From Bdellovibrionales bacterium (GTDB lineage Bacteria > Bdellovibrionota > UBA1018 > CAIMNF01): 64,000 bases of DNA. Position 1 is the stretch's first letter; each line of letters starts with the position of its first letter. The stretch is from positions 3,616-67,615 of the forward strand of contig CANHQK010000006.1 in NCBI GenBank assembly GCA_947462765.1, written 5' to 3'. The position numbers and the translations under genes were made by a program. A model generated the notes under the pieces. It was not told where the DNA came from and searched no databases. It worked only from the letters and a program-made list of their open reading frames with translations. Below, in pieces: positions 1-8,941 of the stretch.

Positions 1-198
1 AAAGACGCCGGCGAACGATACCGCTTCGACCCTGTCCGGATGGGACTGACACGGGTTGAGATCCCCGCTTCGGCCACCCCCGACCGCGTGATCTACGACA
101 CCCGCCTCCACGGACAAACGAACCAGGGCCATGAAAAGTTCATCGATCTGAGCCCGACCGAAAAAGACGAAATCATCGAATACCTGAAAACCCTCTGA
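1..198 (+). CDS. Partial (5'-truncated) CDS, C-terminus of a RoxA/di-heme cytochrome c-like protein
   Basis: Frame 1 is open to TGA at 196-198 and ends IYDTRLHGQTNQGHEKF...LSPTEKDEIIEYLKTL, resembling the YDT..G..N.GH...IEYLKTL terminus of RoxA/RoxB-like di-heme proteins. Confidence 0.6.
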   Translation, partial: KDAGERYRFDPVRMGLTRVEIPASATPDRVIYDTRLHGQTNQGHEKFIDLSPTEKDEIIEYLKTL

Positions 199-208
199 GA
201 CCGTTTCC

Positions 209-634
209 ATGACCAAGAAAAAGGATGAACCGATCAAGATCAACGGAGCCCAAATGGCTTCAGAACTCCTCGCCGGACTCGACCCGTCCATGAGGAACCG
301 GATCCTCGGAGAAATCCGGCAAAAAGATCCCGGTCTTGCTGAAAAACTCAAAAAAGGCCTGGTCAGCTTTGATCGGGTGGTCGCACTCGATGCGGCGGAT
401 TTGCAGAAAGTGCTCCGTTCCTGCCCGCAAAACCTGATCGCCCTCGCACTCAGGGGTCTCGATGATGCATCGAAAAAAGCCGTGTTCTCGAAGATGACCG
501 AAAGACAGGCGGGAGCCTTGCTCGAAGAGATGCAACTCATGGGCCCTCAAAAGCAATCGGATGTGCTCCTGGCCCGCGAGAAGATCTGTGAAACCGCCCG
601 GACCCTCGGAGAGTCCGGGCAGATCAAACTGTAA
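209..634 (+). CDS. Stand-alone FliG C-terminal domain protein
   Basis: SFDRVVALDAADLQKVLR...IALALRG...MTERQAGALLEEMQLMGP matches the FliG_C pattern; only 141 aa. Confidence 0.8.
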   Translation: MTKKKDEPIKINGAQMASELLAGLDPSMRNRILGEIRQKDPGLAEKLKKGLVSFDRVVALDAADLQKVLRSCPQNLIALALRGLDDASKKAVFSKMTERQAGALLEEMQLMGPQKQSDVLLAREKICETARTLGESGQIKL

Positions 635-640
635 ACGGAA

Positions 641-1615
641 TCACCAACCGAGAATGTAAGCGAACATGAGCGGCGCCACGATGGTGGCATCGGACTCGAC
701 GATGAACTTCGGGGTATCGACTCCGAGCTTGGCCCAGGTGATTTTTTCGTTCGGAACCGCGCCGGAGTAAGATCCGTAAGACGTGGTCGAATCGCTGATC
801 TGGCAGAAGTAGCTCCACAGCTTGGGGGATCTGTTCAGATCTTTCTCGAGCATCGGTACCACGCAAATCGGGAAATCGCCTGCGATCCCGCCACCGATCT
901 GAAAGAAGCCGACGGTGCTCTTGCCGGAAGTGTTTTCCATGTACCAGTCGGCGAGCATCATCATGTACTCAATGCCGGTTTTGACGGTGTGCACGTTCTT
1001 GACCCGCTTCTCGATGCAATAAGCGGCGTACATGTTGCCGAGAGTGGAGTCTTCCCAGCCCGGAACGATGATCGGAATGTTCTTCTCGGCCGCTGCGAGC
1101 ATCCAGCTGTTCTTCGGGTCGATCTGATAGTGTTGCTTGAACTTGCCTTTCAGGAGGGCCCGGAAGAAGAACTCATGCGGAAAGCAACGCTCGCCCTTGG
1201 CTTCGGCTTCGGTCCACTCTTCTTCCATGATCCGCCAGATTTTCCGCATGGCTTCTTCTTCTGGAATACAAGTATCCGTCACGCGGTTGAGTGCGCGCTT
1301 CAGAAGGTCATTCTCTTGCTCGGGAGTCAGGTCACGGTAGTTGGGGATCCGGACATAGTGCTCATGAGCAACGAGGTTGTAAATGTCTTCTTCAAGGTTC
1401 GCGCCCGTGCAGGAGATCGCATGAACTTTATCCTGACGGATCATCTCGGCCAAGGAGAGCCCGAGTTCGGCCGTGCTCATCGCTCCTGCGAGAGTGACCA
1501 TCATTTTGTTACCGTCTTCGAGGTGTTTCTTGTAGCCCTTGGCGGCATCCATCATCGCCGCTGCATTGAAGTGGCGGTAGTGGTGTTCCATGAATTGGGT
1601 GACGGTTTTCGACAT
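641..1615 (-). CDS. Deoxyhypusine synthase-like protein (probable homospermidine synthesis)
   Basis: HFNAA, TLAGAMSTAELG, SCTGANLEED, QIGGGIAGDF, SYSGAVPNEKITW motifs. Confidence 0.92.
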   Translation of the reverse strand: MSKTVTQFMEHHYRHFNAAAMMDAAKGYKKHLEDGNKMMVTLAGAMSTAELGLSLAEMIRQDKVHAISCTGANLEEDIYNLVAHEHYVRIPNYRDLTPEQENDLLKRALNRVTDTCIPEEEAMRKIWRIMEEEWTEAEAKGERCFPHEFFFRALLKGKFKQHYQIDPKNSWMLAAAEKNIPIIVPGWEDSTLGNMYAAYCIEKRVKNVHTVKTGIEYMMMLADWYMENTSGKSTVGFFQIGGGIAGDFPICVVPMLEKDLNRSPKLWSYFCQISDSTTSYGSYSGAVPNEKITWAKLGVDTPKFIVESDATIVAPLMFAYILGW

Positions 1616-1681
1616 GGCGGATTCTCCTCGGTTTCCGGACGGTTTTTCGATCCATCCGTTTTAGAGGAAATTCCGAAAAGA

Positions 1682-2044
1682 TCAAGGGTTTTTCCAGCCC
1701 ATTTCCTGCATCACCAGCTTCAAATCCTCCCAGGCGGAACGCTTCAAAGCAGGGCGCTCGAGCAGATCGGCAAGAGACTCGGTGACGATCACCCGGACTC
1801 CGTTCCAGCTGAGAAGCCCACCTTTTTGCCAGCCACCACGGGCTGCGATTCCGGCTCCCAGAATCACCCACACGCGGAATTCCGAAATACGGGCCGGATC
1901 GAAATCCTCTGTAAACTCCTCGAGTACCACTCCACCTGGAGGGGCCTGAAGGGAGGCTACCATTTTTGAAAGCAATTCCCCGCTCGCCCCCCCGTGAACG
2001 CCGGTTCCAAGAATCAGGATCCGATCCGTGTTTCTTCGGGCCAT
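1682..2044 (-). CDS. Degenerate uracil-DNA glycosylase family 4-like protein
   Basis: GASGELLSKMV, VILGAG and LLERPALKRSAWEDLK segments resemble the UDG4 scaffold; catalytic and Fe-S motifs absent; ATG 2044 chosen. Confidence 0.5.
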   Translation of the reverse strand: MARRNTDRILILGTGVHGGASGELLSKMVASLQAPPGGVVLEEFTEDFDPARISEFRVWVILGAGIAARGGWQKGGLLSWNGVRVIVTESLADLLERPALKRSAWEDLKLVMQEMGWKNP

Positions 2045-2106
2045 GATAAAGGAGGATTCGGGAAGCAATGACGTCAGACGGGAGCTCACGTCCGGAGGCT
2101 AACCCA

Positions 2107-2367
2107 TTACTGAAGACGATGCAAAACTTCGCGATTATCTAGCCCGCACTCAGGGCAAATGGCTTTCTCTTGCGTCGTATTGCGGCTGAAATCACTCACA
2201 TAATTGAAGTGCATCCGCCCCCCGCAAATCTGGCAGTGGGAAAAGTGCCGGATGGCTTGATCGAGGGATCCGATCCCCGGTTTCAAGGCGGAAGCCTGAC
2301 CGGTCTCCGTTGCGGAAGTGTCGTTGGAAAGCTCGATTTCCTCGAAAATCTCGTTTGCCTTGCTCAT
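2107..2367 (-). CDS. Small zinc-ribbon hypothetical protein
   Basis: CQIC...CPEC pairs; strong RBS (gaggagggatgagga) upstream. Confidence 0.7.
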   Translation of the reverse strand: MSKANEIFEEIELSNDTSATETGQASALKPGIGSLDQAIRHFSHCQICGGRMHFNYVSDFSRNTTQEKAICPECGLDNREVLHRLQ

Positions 2368-2439
2368 TTCCTCATCCCTCCTCAGGTGATGACTCCTCTT
2401 CGGGAGTCCGGGGACACCCCTGAATGGGAAATGATTGCC

Positions 2440-2892
2440 TTAGCGTTTCGGTTCAATCAGAACTGACGCAGGCAGTCGACCGGGGCTGTTTTCTGCTTTT
2501 TCGAGTGCTTGGGTCTCGGCCACCGGCAAAGAGATCATGTGCTCGGTATTCCCCTCGAGGTGAATGGTCTGCTTCACCCCACACTCCCCTTTGGCCACCT
2601 GAATCTGATAGGAGCCAGAGGGCGCCACGATGGAAAATCTTCCGTTTTGATCGGACTGGGACTCCACCTGGTTCTGGGACTCATCGTTCAAGCCGACCAA
2701 GCGAATCTGATAGTAGCCACCGCTACAACGGGGATTGAGCTCGAGAACACCGGTCAGTCGGGCAGGAAAAGAAGACCCCCGCTCTCCCCGCCCCTCTTCA
2801 TTCTTGGCAAAGAATGGAAGAGAGCACGAAAATGCAGTCACACCCAGAAATACGGTGATGACGGTGGAGTGCTTGCGGAGTCTGGAAGCCAT
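2440..2892 (-). CDS. Putative lipoprotein with carboxypeptidase-regulatory-like (transthyretin-like) domain
   Basis: Hydrophobic stretch ending AFSC; SDQNGRFSI..PSGSYQIQV motif; ATG 2892 preceded by agga. Confidence 0.6.
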   Translation of the reverse strand: MASRLRKHSTVITVFLGVTAFSCSLPFFAKNEEGRGERGSSFPARLTGVLELNPRCSGGYYQIRLVGLNDESQNQVESQSDQNGRFSIVAPSGSYQIQVAKGECGVKQTIHLEGNTEHMISLPVAETQALEKAENSPGRLPASVLIEPKR

Positions 2893-2926
2893 GGTTCCTG
2901 ATCGGCAAAAACCCGAAAAAGTTGAG

Positions 2927-3613
2927 TCAAAAATCGCCCGAACGGAGGTGTTCGCGTGACGCCTCGAATACACGGTCAAACATGGCTTCCGTGAGGAGAC
3001 CGGTAAAGGTATTTTGCTGGCTGGGATGGTAGGAACAGACGATCACCCGCCCGTCATTTAAGGGGATTTCAGCGCCGTGAGCGAATGCAGGCAGAGCCCG
3101 CCCCGGCTTGATGCCTTCTGGCAACCGGCGCCAGAGCGCATGGAGGGCGACCTTACCCAGTGCCAGGAACACTTGAATCCGCTTCAGCTCTAGCAATTCT
3201 TCGGAGAGCCAGGTACCGCAACGTTGCAGCTCCTCCGGGAGAGGCTTGTTGGCCGGCGGTGCGCATCTGGCCGCAGTCGTAATGTAGCAATCCCTGAGCC
3301 TGAGTCCGTCTCCCCTGCTTTCGCTCACCGGGCTATTCGAGAATCCGGCCTTGTAAAGGGCACGATAAAGCCAAAGTCCTGATTGATCCCCGGTAAACAT
3401 CCTTCCCGTCCGGTTTGCTCCATGGGCGGCCGGCGCAAGCCCTACGATCAACAGGCGAGCTTGTGGATCACCAAATCCGGGCACCGGCTTGCCCCAATAG
3501 TCTTCGTCCCTGAATTGACGTCGCTTCACACGAGCCACTTCCCGACAATATGCCCTCAGTCTGGGACAACCCTCACATTCGATGATCCGGGCGTCGAGTC
3601 CGGTCAAACCCAC
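2927..3613 (-). CDS. Uracil-DNA glycosylase family 5 (UdgB-type)
   Basis: CEGCPRL Fe-S motif, GLAPAAHGANRTGRMFTGD, YHPSQQNT. Confidence 0.93.
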   Translation of the reverse strand: MGLTGLDARIIECEGCPRLRAYCREVARVKRRQFRDEDYWGKPVPGFGDPQARLLIVGLAPAAHGANRTGRMFTGDQSGLWLYRALYKAGFSNSPVSESRGDGLRLRDCYITTAARCAPPANKPLPEELQRCGTWLSEELLELKRIQVFLALGKVALHALWRRLPEGIKPGRALPAFAHGAEIPLNDGRVIVCSYHPSQQNTFTGLLTEAMFDRVFEASREHLRSGDF

Positions 3614-4290
3614 GGGGATTCCACCTCTTGCCGTTCTCCCGGCTTCAATCCACCCAGCTCGTACTCTCCCATCCGGATCCGGATCAGTCGGACCACTGAC
3701 AAGCCAAGAGCACCGAACATGCGTCTCACGAAACGATTCCTGCCTTCGGAGACCGTGACCCGGTAACGGGTCCCGGACTGGACCTCCTCCAGCTCATCGA
3801 ACTTGCCGGGACCGTCAGAGAGTTCGACCGACTCGACCAAGCGCTTCTTGAAATCACGCGGTCCCTTGCCTTCCACGTCCACCTCGTAAACCTTACGAAC
3901 TCCGTATCGAGGGTGGGTCATTTTGAGGAGTAAATCTCCGTCGTCGGTCATGAGCAGCAGGCCCTCGGAATCGAAGTCCAAGCGCCCCACCGGATTCAGA
4001 CCGGGGAGATCCCTGAAAAAATCCATCACCGTGGGGCGGCCCTCCGGATCGTCCTTGGTGGTGACGACTCCCCTCGGCTTATGAAACAGGAACAGGCGTT
4101 TCCGCTCAGGCCTCTTGACCGGAACACCATCGAGAGTGAGGTGCTCGCATGAAGGATCAAGGGTTCGACCGAGGTCGGTGAACACCTCGCCATTCAACGC
4201 CACACGACCCGCACGGATCGCTTCCTCCGCGTGCCTACGGCTCATCAGTCCTGCAGCTGCGATGACTTTTTGTGCCCGTTCCTTCGGCAT
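3604..4290 (-). CDS. rRNA pseudouridine synthase, RsuA/RluB family with S4 domain
   Basis: ERAQKVIAAAG.MSRR S4 domain; PVGRLDFDSEGLLL; EGRNRFVRRM. Confidence 0.92.
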   Translation of the reverse strand: MPKERAQKVIAAAGLMSRRHAEEAIRAGRVALNGEVFTDLGRTLDPSCEHLTLDGVPVKRPERKRLFLFHKPRGVVTTKDDPEGRPTVMDFFRDLPGLNPVGRLDFDSEGLLLMTDDGDLLLKMTHPRYGVRKVYEVDVEGKGPRDFKKRLVESVELSDGPGKFDELEEVQSGTRYRVTVSEGRNRFVRRMFGALGLSVVRLIRIRMGEYELGGLKPGERQEVESPWV

Positions 4291-4328
4291 AAAAAAAAGG
4301 CCGGAACCCGGGTAAACCGGATCCGGCC
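4291..4328 (-). terminator. Intrinsic terminator of the ahpC-small basic protein unit
   Basis: GGCCGGA...TCCGGCC stem followed by T8 on the minus strand. Confidence 0.8.
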
Positions 4329-4347
4329 CTTCTCCTGGAATCAGGAA

Positions 4348-4557
4348 TTACTTCTTGGCTTTTTTCTTGCGGAACGCGACTTTTTTGTCAGCGGAACGCT
4401 TGGATTTGCCATCGAACAGCTTCTTGGCGAATTCTTTATCGGCCACGATCTTGGTCTTACGCTTGTCGCGTCCGAGCTTGCGGATGGTGCGGCGTCCGAG
4501 TTTGGCCTTGGGGGTGGTAGTGGTGGTAGTGGTGGTAGTGGTGGTAGTCGTGCTCAT
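4348..4557 (-). CDS. Small Lys/Arg-rich protein with N-terminal poly-Thr tract
   Basis: RBS aagga overlapping the ahpC stop; 69 aa; terminator downstream. Confidence 0.75.
   Translation of the reverse strand: MSTTTTTTTTTTTTTPKAKLGRRTIRKLGRDKRKTKIVADKEFAKKLFDGKSKRSADKKVAFRKKKAKK
4513..4548. repeat. 9-bp tandem repeat (GGTGGTAGT)x4 encoding poly-Thr
   Basis: Read directly from the sequence. Confidence 0.95.
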
Positions 4558-4570
4558 AGTCAGTTTTCCT

Positions 4571-5098
4571 TTACTTCTTGGTTAAAGTTGCCTGGCCCGG
4601 TTTCCAGTTTACGGGGCACAGTTCGCCGGTTTGGAGGGCTTGAAGGGTGCGGAGAGTCTCCTCGACTGAACGTCCCACGCCGAGAGCATTCACACTCATG
4701 GCTTGCAGGATCCCGTTCGGATCGATGAGGAAAGTACCCCGGAGGGCGATTCCGCTGTCTTCAATGAGAACTCCGTAGTTCCGGGACACAGCATGATTGG
4801 TGTCCGCGAGAACGGGGAATTTCACTTCTGGAAGGTCTTTCTCGAACCACGCCTTGTGAGAGTGTTGGCTGTCGGTCGACGCGCCGATCACCTGGCAGTT
4901 CGACTCAAGGAATTGTTTTTCAAGTTGAGCGAAGCTCCGGATCTCCGTCGGGCAAACGAAGGTGAAGTCGAGAGGATAGAAAAACAGGCAAACCCATTTT
5001 CCCTTGTAGTCATTGAGAGAAACGTCTTTGAACTGGCCTGCGACATAAGCTGGAGATTTGAATTGAGGAGCGGGCTGGCCCACTTTAACATTCCACAC
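4571..5098 (-). CDS. ahpC: 2-Cys peroxiredoxin (AhpC/Prx1)
   Basis: FYPLDFTFVCPTE and GELCPVNW motifs; GTG start after aaagga RBS. Confidence 0.93.
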   Translation of the reverse strand: MWNVKVGQPAPQFKSPAYVAGQFKDVSLNDYKGKWVCLFFYPLDFTFVCPTEIRSFAQLEKQFLESNCQVIGASTDSQHSHKAWFEKDLPEVKFPVLADTNHAVSRNYGVLIEDSGIALRGTFLIDPNGILQAMSVNALGVGRSVEETLRTLQALQTGELCPVNWKPGQATLTKK

Positions 5099-5176
5099 GG
5101 GAGGGTTTCCTTTCTGGAGTTGAATCACTTTTGAATTCCAATACCTTACTTGCGAAGGTAGACTCTGACAAGAAAA

Positions 5177-5881
5177 ATGCCACCGTTTCCCCGCCTGAAA
5201 TCACTGACTCAAGCCATACTGCTGCCCGCCGGCATCTACCTCGGTTTCTTCCTGGCTCGCCCGATCTGGTTCAAACCCTGGTGCGCCACCGACCCCACTC
5301 CATGCACGGTCGACCGGGTCAACGGGATCGATCGGATCGTATTCGAATTCCAGTCGGTATTCGCAGACTTCCTTTCAAACCTCCTCCAGAATTCAGTGGG
5401 AGTCGTGGCATTTATCCTTCCTTGGATCCTGATCCGGAAAGGTGCCGCCCGCTCCCTCACGCTCAATCTCGGACTCCTGTCGGCCACAGCCTGGAACGGC
5501 GTGCTGGTGGAAGCGGTCCGGGCCGTGGCCCAGCGCCCCCGCCCTCTCGTGTTCCGATCCCCCGCGGGCGACGGTGCCAACATCCATCAGTACACGTCGT
5601 TCTACTCTGGCCACACCAGCTTCGTGGCACTCGCCCTGCTCATCACCTGCTTGAGCCTCAGGGATCACGTCGAGGGGGATCGCCGGCGAACCATCCTGAC
5701 CTTGGCCTGGCTCGCCTACCCGCTCCTGACGGGCCTGACCGCCTGTTTACGAGTCATCGGTGGTCGCCATTACCCGACGGACACTCTGGCGGGGTTTTTA
5801 TTTGGAAGTTTAGTGGGTTGGATCGTTTATCAATCCATAACGCGGCGCGAAATTTTTATTGAATCCCAACCTTCGCCATGA
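5177..5881 (+). CDS. PAP2-family membrane phosphatase
   Basis: RPRP, SFYSGH, RVIGGRHYPTD motifs with TM helices. Confidence 0.88.
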   Translation: MPPFPRLKSLTQAILLPAGIYLGFFLARPIWFKPWCATDPTPCTVDRVNGIDRIVFEFQSVFADFLSNLLQNSVGVVAFILPWILIRKGAARSLTLNLGLLSATAWNGVLVEAVRAVAQRPRPLVFRSPAGDGANIHQYTSFYSGHTSFVALALLITCLSLRDHVEGDRRRTILTLAWLAYPLLTGLTACLRVIGGRHYPTDTLAGFLFGSLVGWIVYQSITRREIFIESQPSP

Positions 5882-5896
5882 TAACACAGCGCATCT

Positions 5897-7036
5897 ATGC
5901 GCAACCTTCCTCTCCTCTTGGCCGGTACCACCTTTCTCCTGTTCGGAATTTCCGCCCAAGCTTCCCCGCCTGAACCCACCCCCGTTCCTCTGAGCGGGAT
6001 CCCGCATGACCACGAGGTGGATACAGCGCATGACCAGGCTCAAAACGATCCCTCGAAGGGGGTCCGCTACCGGCTGAAAAAGCCTCTGAACCAGGAGCGA
6101 CTGGTCCTCACCGGCACCAACGGAACCATCGAAGCGAATATCGAGAGATCGTTTCGTTCCATGAAGGCCGAGTACCGGAAGCAGAAATCAGCCCGTGAGC
6201 GTATTTCAGATCCAGCCTACAGCCGCTACCTCAAGGTTCATCAGCGCCGTTACCAACCCGAGCCTGAGAACGGACTCTCGCTCGTCAATGCCGATCATGA
6301 GTTCGAGGGCATCAGTGACCGTAAATTCGGATACTGCTGGGGCTTTGCCACACTCTTCCGGAATCTCACCCAATTGGCGTTTTTCGATCCGACCCAACCC
6401 CGCGTGGATGATGTCGACTTTTATCTCCGGAAGATCGACCGGATTGTGGCCGGCCAGGCGACTGTCATTCCCGGCTACAGGAACCTACGTGAATTCAGCC
6501 TCGAACCGCGTATCGAGCTCTATTTGAAATTGAACACCATGGAGCTCTGGCGCAACCGCGCCGTACGGAGTACCTCGCTCGGGATCTTCAAGAACTCCAC
6601 GAATGCGATGAGCTTTGAGGAAGTGGAATCCCTGCTCAGAAATCTGGAAGCACGCCTCGGTCGGGGAGAATTTCCGAAAGTCCTGTTCTCAGCCCTGGTC
6701 CCCACCGGCAAGGTGCTTGGAATGAGCACGGATATCCATGTGGTGCTCGTCAATCGAGTGGAACGTCTTCCTGGAAATCGGGCCAAGATCCACCTGTGGG
6801 ACATCAATTTCTACGCTGAGACGCTCAAGGAATCCCCGAAGATCATCGAGGTCAGCTCCAAGCACGGCCTTGCTTACGAGCCGTGGTACGAGCCGGATAA
6901 ACCGTACGCCGAGGTGAGCGCTCTCGTTTCGAGAATCGAATTCGCACCGGAGGAAGACATCGAACTCGCTCGAAACCTCAAGAGCCTGAAACTCTTTTGC
7001 GAAGCCTCCGGGACCCGGCACCACTGCAAACTGTAG
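5897..7036 (+). CDS. Secreted hypothetical protein, possible papain-like Cys-His-Asp enzyme
   Basis: Signal peptide (AQA-S); GYCWG, IHVVLV, LWDIN segments. Confidence 0.6.
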   Translation: MRNLPLLLAGTTFLLFGISAQASPPEPTPVPLSGIPHDHEVDTAHDQAQNDPSKGVRYRLKKPLNQERLVLTGTNGTIEANIERSFRSMKAEYRKQKSARERISDPAYSRYLKVHQRRYQPEPENGLSLVNADHEFEGISDRKFGYCWGFATLFRNLTQLAFFDPTQPRVDDVDFYLRKIDRIVAGQATVIPGYRNLREFSLEPRIELYLKLNTMELWRNRAVRSTSLGIFKNSTNAMSFEEVESLLRNLEARLGRGEFPKVLFSALVPTGKVLGMSTDIHVVLVNRVERLPGNRAKIHLWDINFYAETLKESPKIIEVSSKHGLAYEPWYEPDKPYAEVSALVSRIEFAPEEDIELARNLKSLKLFCEASGTRHHCKL

Positions 7037-7046
7037 AGATTGAGCC

Positions 7047-7592
7047 TCAGTCGATCTGATCGTGCTTGAGTTCTTCGCCGGGTACGACCCCTTTGGCATT
7101 CACCACTTTGGCAGGAATGCCGGTAGCCGTGCAATGCTCTGGAACGGACTTGATCACGACCGAGTTCGCTCCGATCCGGGCATGGTCTCCGATCATGATG
7201 TTACCGAGAATCTTTGCACCCGCTCCGACCACGACATGGTTCCCGAGTGTCGGATGGCGCTTCACCGGACTGAAATCGACCCCACCGAGAGTCACTCCGT
7301 GAAAAATCAAACAGTGGTCGCCCACCTGAGCGGTCTCTCCGATCACCACTCCCATGCCGTGATCGATGATGAGATTCTTCCCGATCCGAGCACCCGGATG
7401 GATGTCGATGCCGGTCAAAAAGCGGGACCACTCGCTGATCGCACGCGGAATGAAAGGAATCCCGGCACGATAAAGGGCGTGGGCGACCCGGTGAAACCCG
7501 ATTGCCTTCACTCCCGGATAAAGAAAAAGCACCTCGAGAGAGCTCTTAGTGGCCGGATCGTATTTTCGGTAGGTCCGGATGAGCTCCCACAT
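7047..7592 (-). CDS. cysE: Serine O-acetyltransferase
   Basis: [34 protein letters not shown] hexapeptide repeats. Confidence 0.93.
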   Translation of the reverse strand: MWELIRTYRKYDPATKSSLEVLFLYPGVKAIGFHRVAHALYRAGIPFIPRAISEWSRFLTGIDIHPGARIGKNLIIDHGMGVVIGETAQVGDHCLIFHGVTLGGVDFSPVKRHPTLGNHVVVGAGAKILGNIMIGDHARIGANSVVIKSVPEHCTATGIPAKVVNAKGVVPGEELKHDQID

Positions 7593-8368
7593 CAGGCACC
7601 CATGATATTGAAGCCGGAGTCCACATACAGGACGTTTCCGGTCATATGACGGGCGCCATCCTGACAGAGGAATGCAGCGAGGGATCCCACATCTTCGGGC
7701 GAGACATTCTCGTGCAAAGGAGCGCGTTGCTCGATCTGGCCGAGGAAATCACGGAAGTTTGAGATTCCACCGGCGGCAGCCAGGGTTTTGATCGGGCCGG
7801 CTGAAATCGCATGCACGCGGATCTTCTTCGGACCCAAATCATGAGCCAGGTAGCGTACCGAGGCCTCAAGAGCGGCTTTGGCAACTCCCATGACATTATA
7901 GCCGGGCATCACCTTCTCTGATCCGTAATAAGTGAGGGTGATCACAGTGCCACCCTTTGCCGGATCCATGAGTTTTTCGGCTTCACGTGCCGTGGCCACG
8001 AGAGAATAGGCGCTCACATCGAGAGCCAGGCTGAACCCGTCACGGGTGGTATCCACAAAGCGACCGGCAAGATCCGTTTTATTGGCAAAAGCCACGGAAT
8101 GGATCAGGATGTCGACCCCACCCCACTTCTCCTTCACCTTGGCAAAAAAAGAAGCGATCTGCTCGTCGCTGCTCACATCGCAGGGTTCAATGATCGAGGC
8201 ACCGAGGCTCTCAGCCAGAGGGCGGACCCGACGCTCGAGCGATTCCCCGAGATAATTGAAGGCGAGTTCGGCTCCCGCCGCGTGCAAGGCCTGAGCAATT
8301 CCCCAAGCGATCGACCGGTCATTGGCGAGCCCGAGGATAACAGCTTTTTTACCTGCGAGTGTGCTCAT
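7592..8368 (-). CDS. fabI: Enoyl-ACP reductase FabI
   Basis: [35 protein letters not shown]. Confidence 0.96.
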   Translation of the reverse strand: MSTLAGKKAVILGLANDRSIAWGIAQALHAAGAELAFNYLGESLERRVRPLAESLGASIIEPCDVSSDEQIASFFAKVKEKWGGVDILIHSVAFANKTDLAGRFVDTTRDGFSLALDVSAYSLVATAREAEKLMDPAKGGTVITLTYYGSEKVMPGYNVMGVAKAALEASVRYLAHDLGPKKIRVHAISAGPIKTLAAAGGISNFRDFLGQIEQRAPLHENVSPEDVGSLAAFLCQDGARHMTGNVLYVDSGFNIMGA

Positions 8369-8373
8369 GGAGA

Positions 8374-8919
8374 TCAGAGGCAGGGCTGGAGGCCACCAAA
8401 AGAAAACGTGGCCAACGTTGCCCTGAAAGAGTCACTCATAAAGGAAAGAGGGCAGATCGCTGCACCGTCTAGCAAAACTTGAAAGGCCACGCGGTTGGCA
8501 CCCCACCCTACGAAAGCACCGAGTGAATCACCCGCACGAACGGAATCTCCCGCCCGCACAATCACGTTCTGCATACCATAAATGGCCGTCGAAATCCGAC
8601 CCGAATGGGCAATCGCCACATAGGTCACCGAATTACCATCGATATTCGTAATCCCCGTAGAAGTGACAATTCCGTTCGCGGGGCTTACAACGGGCGCACC
8701 CACCATAGTTCCAGTCATCACCCAATAAGGTGTTCCCAGCGTGAAATTACCAACGAGAGTTTGTCCTGCAAACCCGTTCGCAACAATCGCATTCAGCTTC
8801 GGAATGGAATTGTCACTGAAGAGCGTGATCGGATCGACCACCCCGTTCGCTCCGCCGCAAGCAGAGAGACCGAGTACCAGACTGATTCCCACGATGGCAT
8901 TCTTGATAAGGTTTTTCAT
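8374..8919 (-). CDS. Lipoprotein with degenerate M23/LytM domain
   Basis: Lipobox LSAC; [38 protein letters not shown]; Zn ligands missing. Confidence 0.7.
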   Translation of the reverse strand: MKNLIKNAIVGISLVLGLSACGGANGVVDPITLFSDNSIPKLNAIVANGFAGQTLVGNFTLGTPYWVMTGTMVGAPVVSPANGIVTSTGITNIDGNSVTYVAIAHSGRISTAIYGMQNVIVRAGDSVRAGDSLGAFVGWGANRVAFQVLLDGAAICPLSFMSDSFRATLATFSFGGLQPCL

Positions 8920-8941
8920 GATCTTCCCCGTGTTTCCCAGA

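Noticed and set aside
4291-4557. Poly-Thr ORF plus terminator as a thrL-like attenuator
   Set aside because: The Thr codons are about 185 nt from the hairpin, I saw no antiterminator, and the downstream gene is unrelated to threonine
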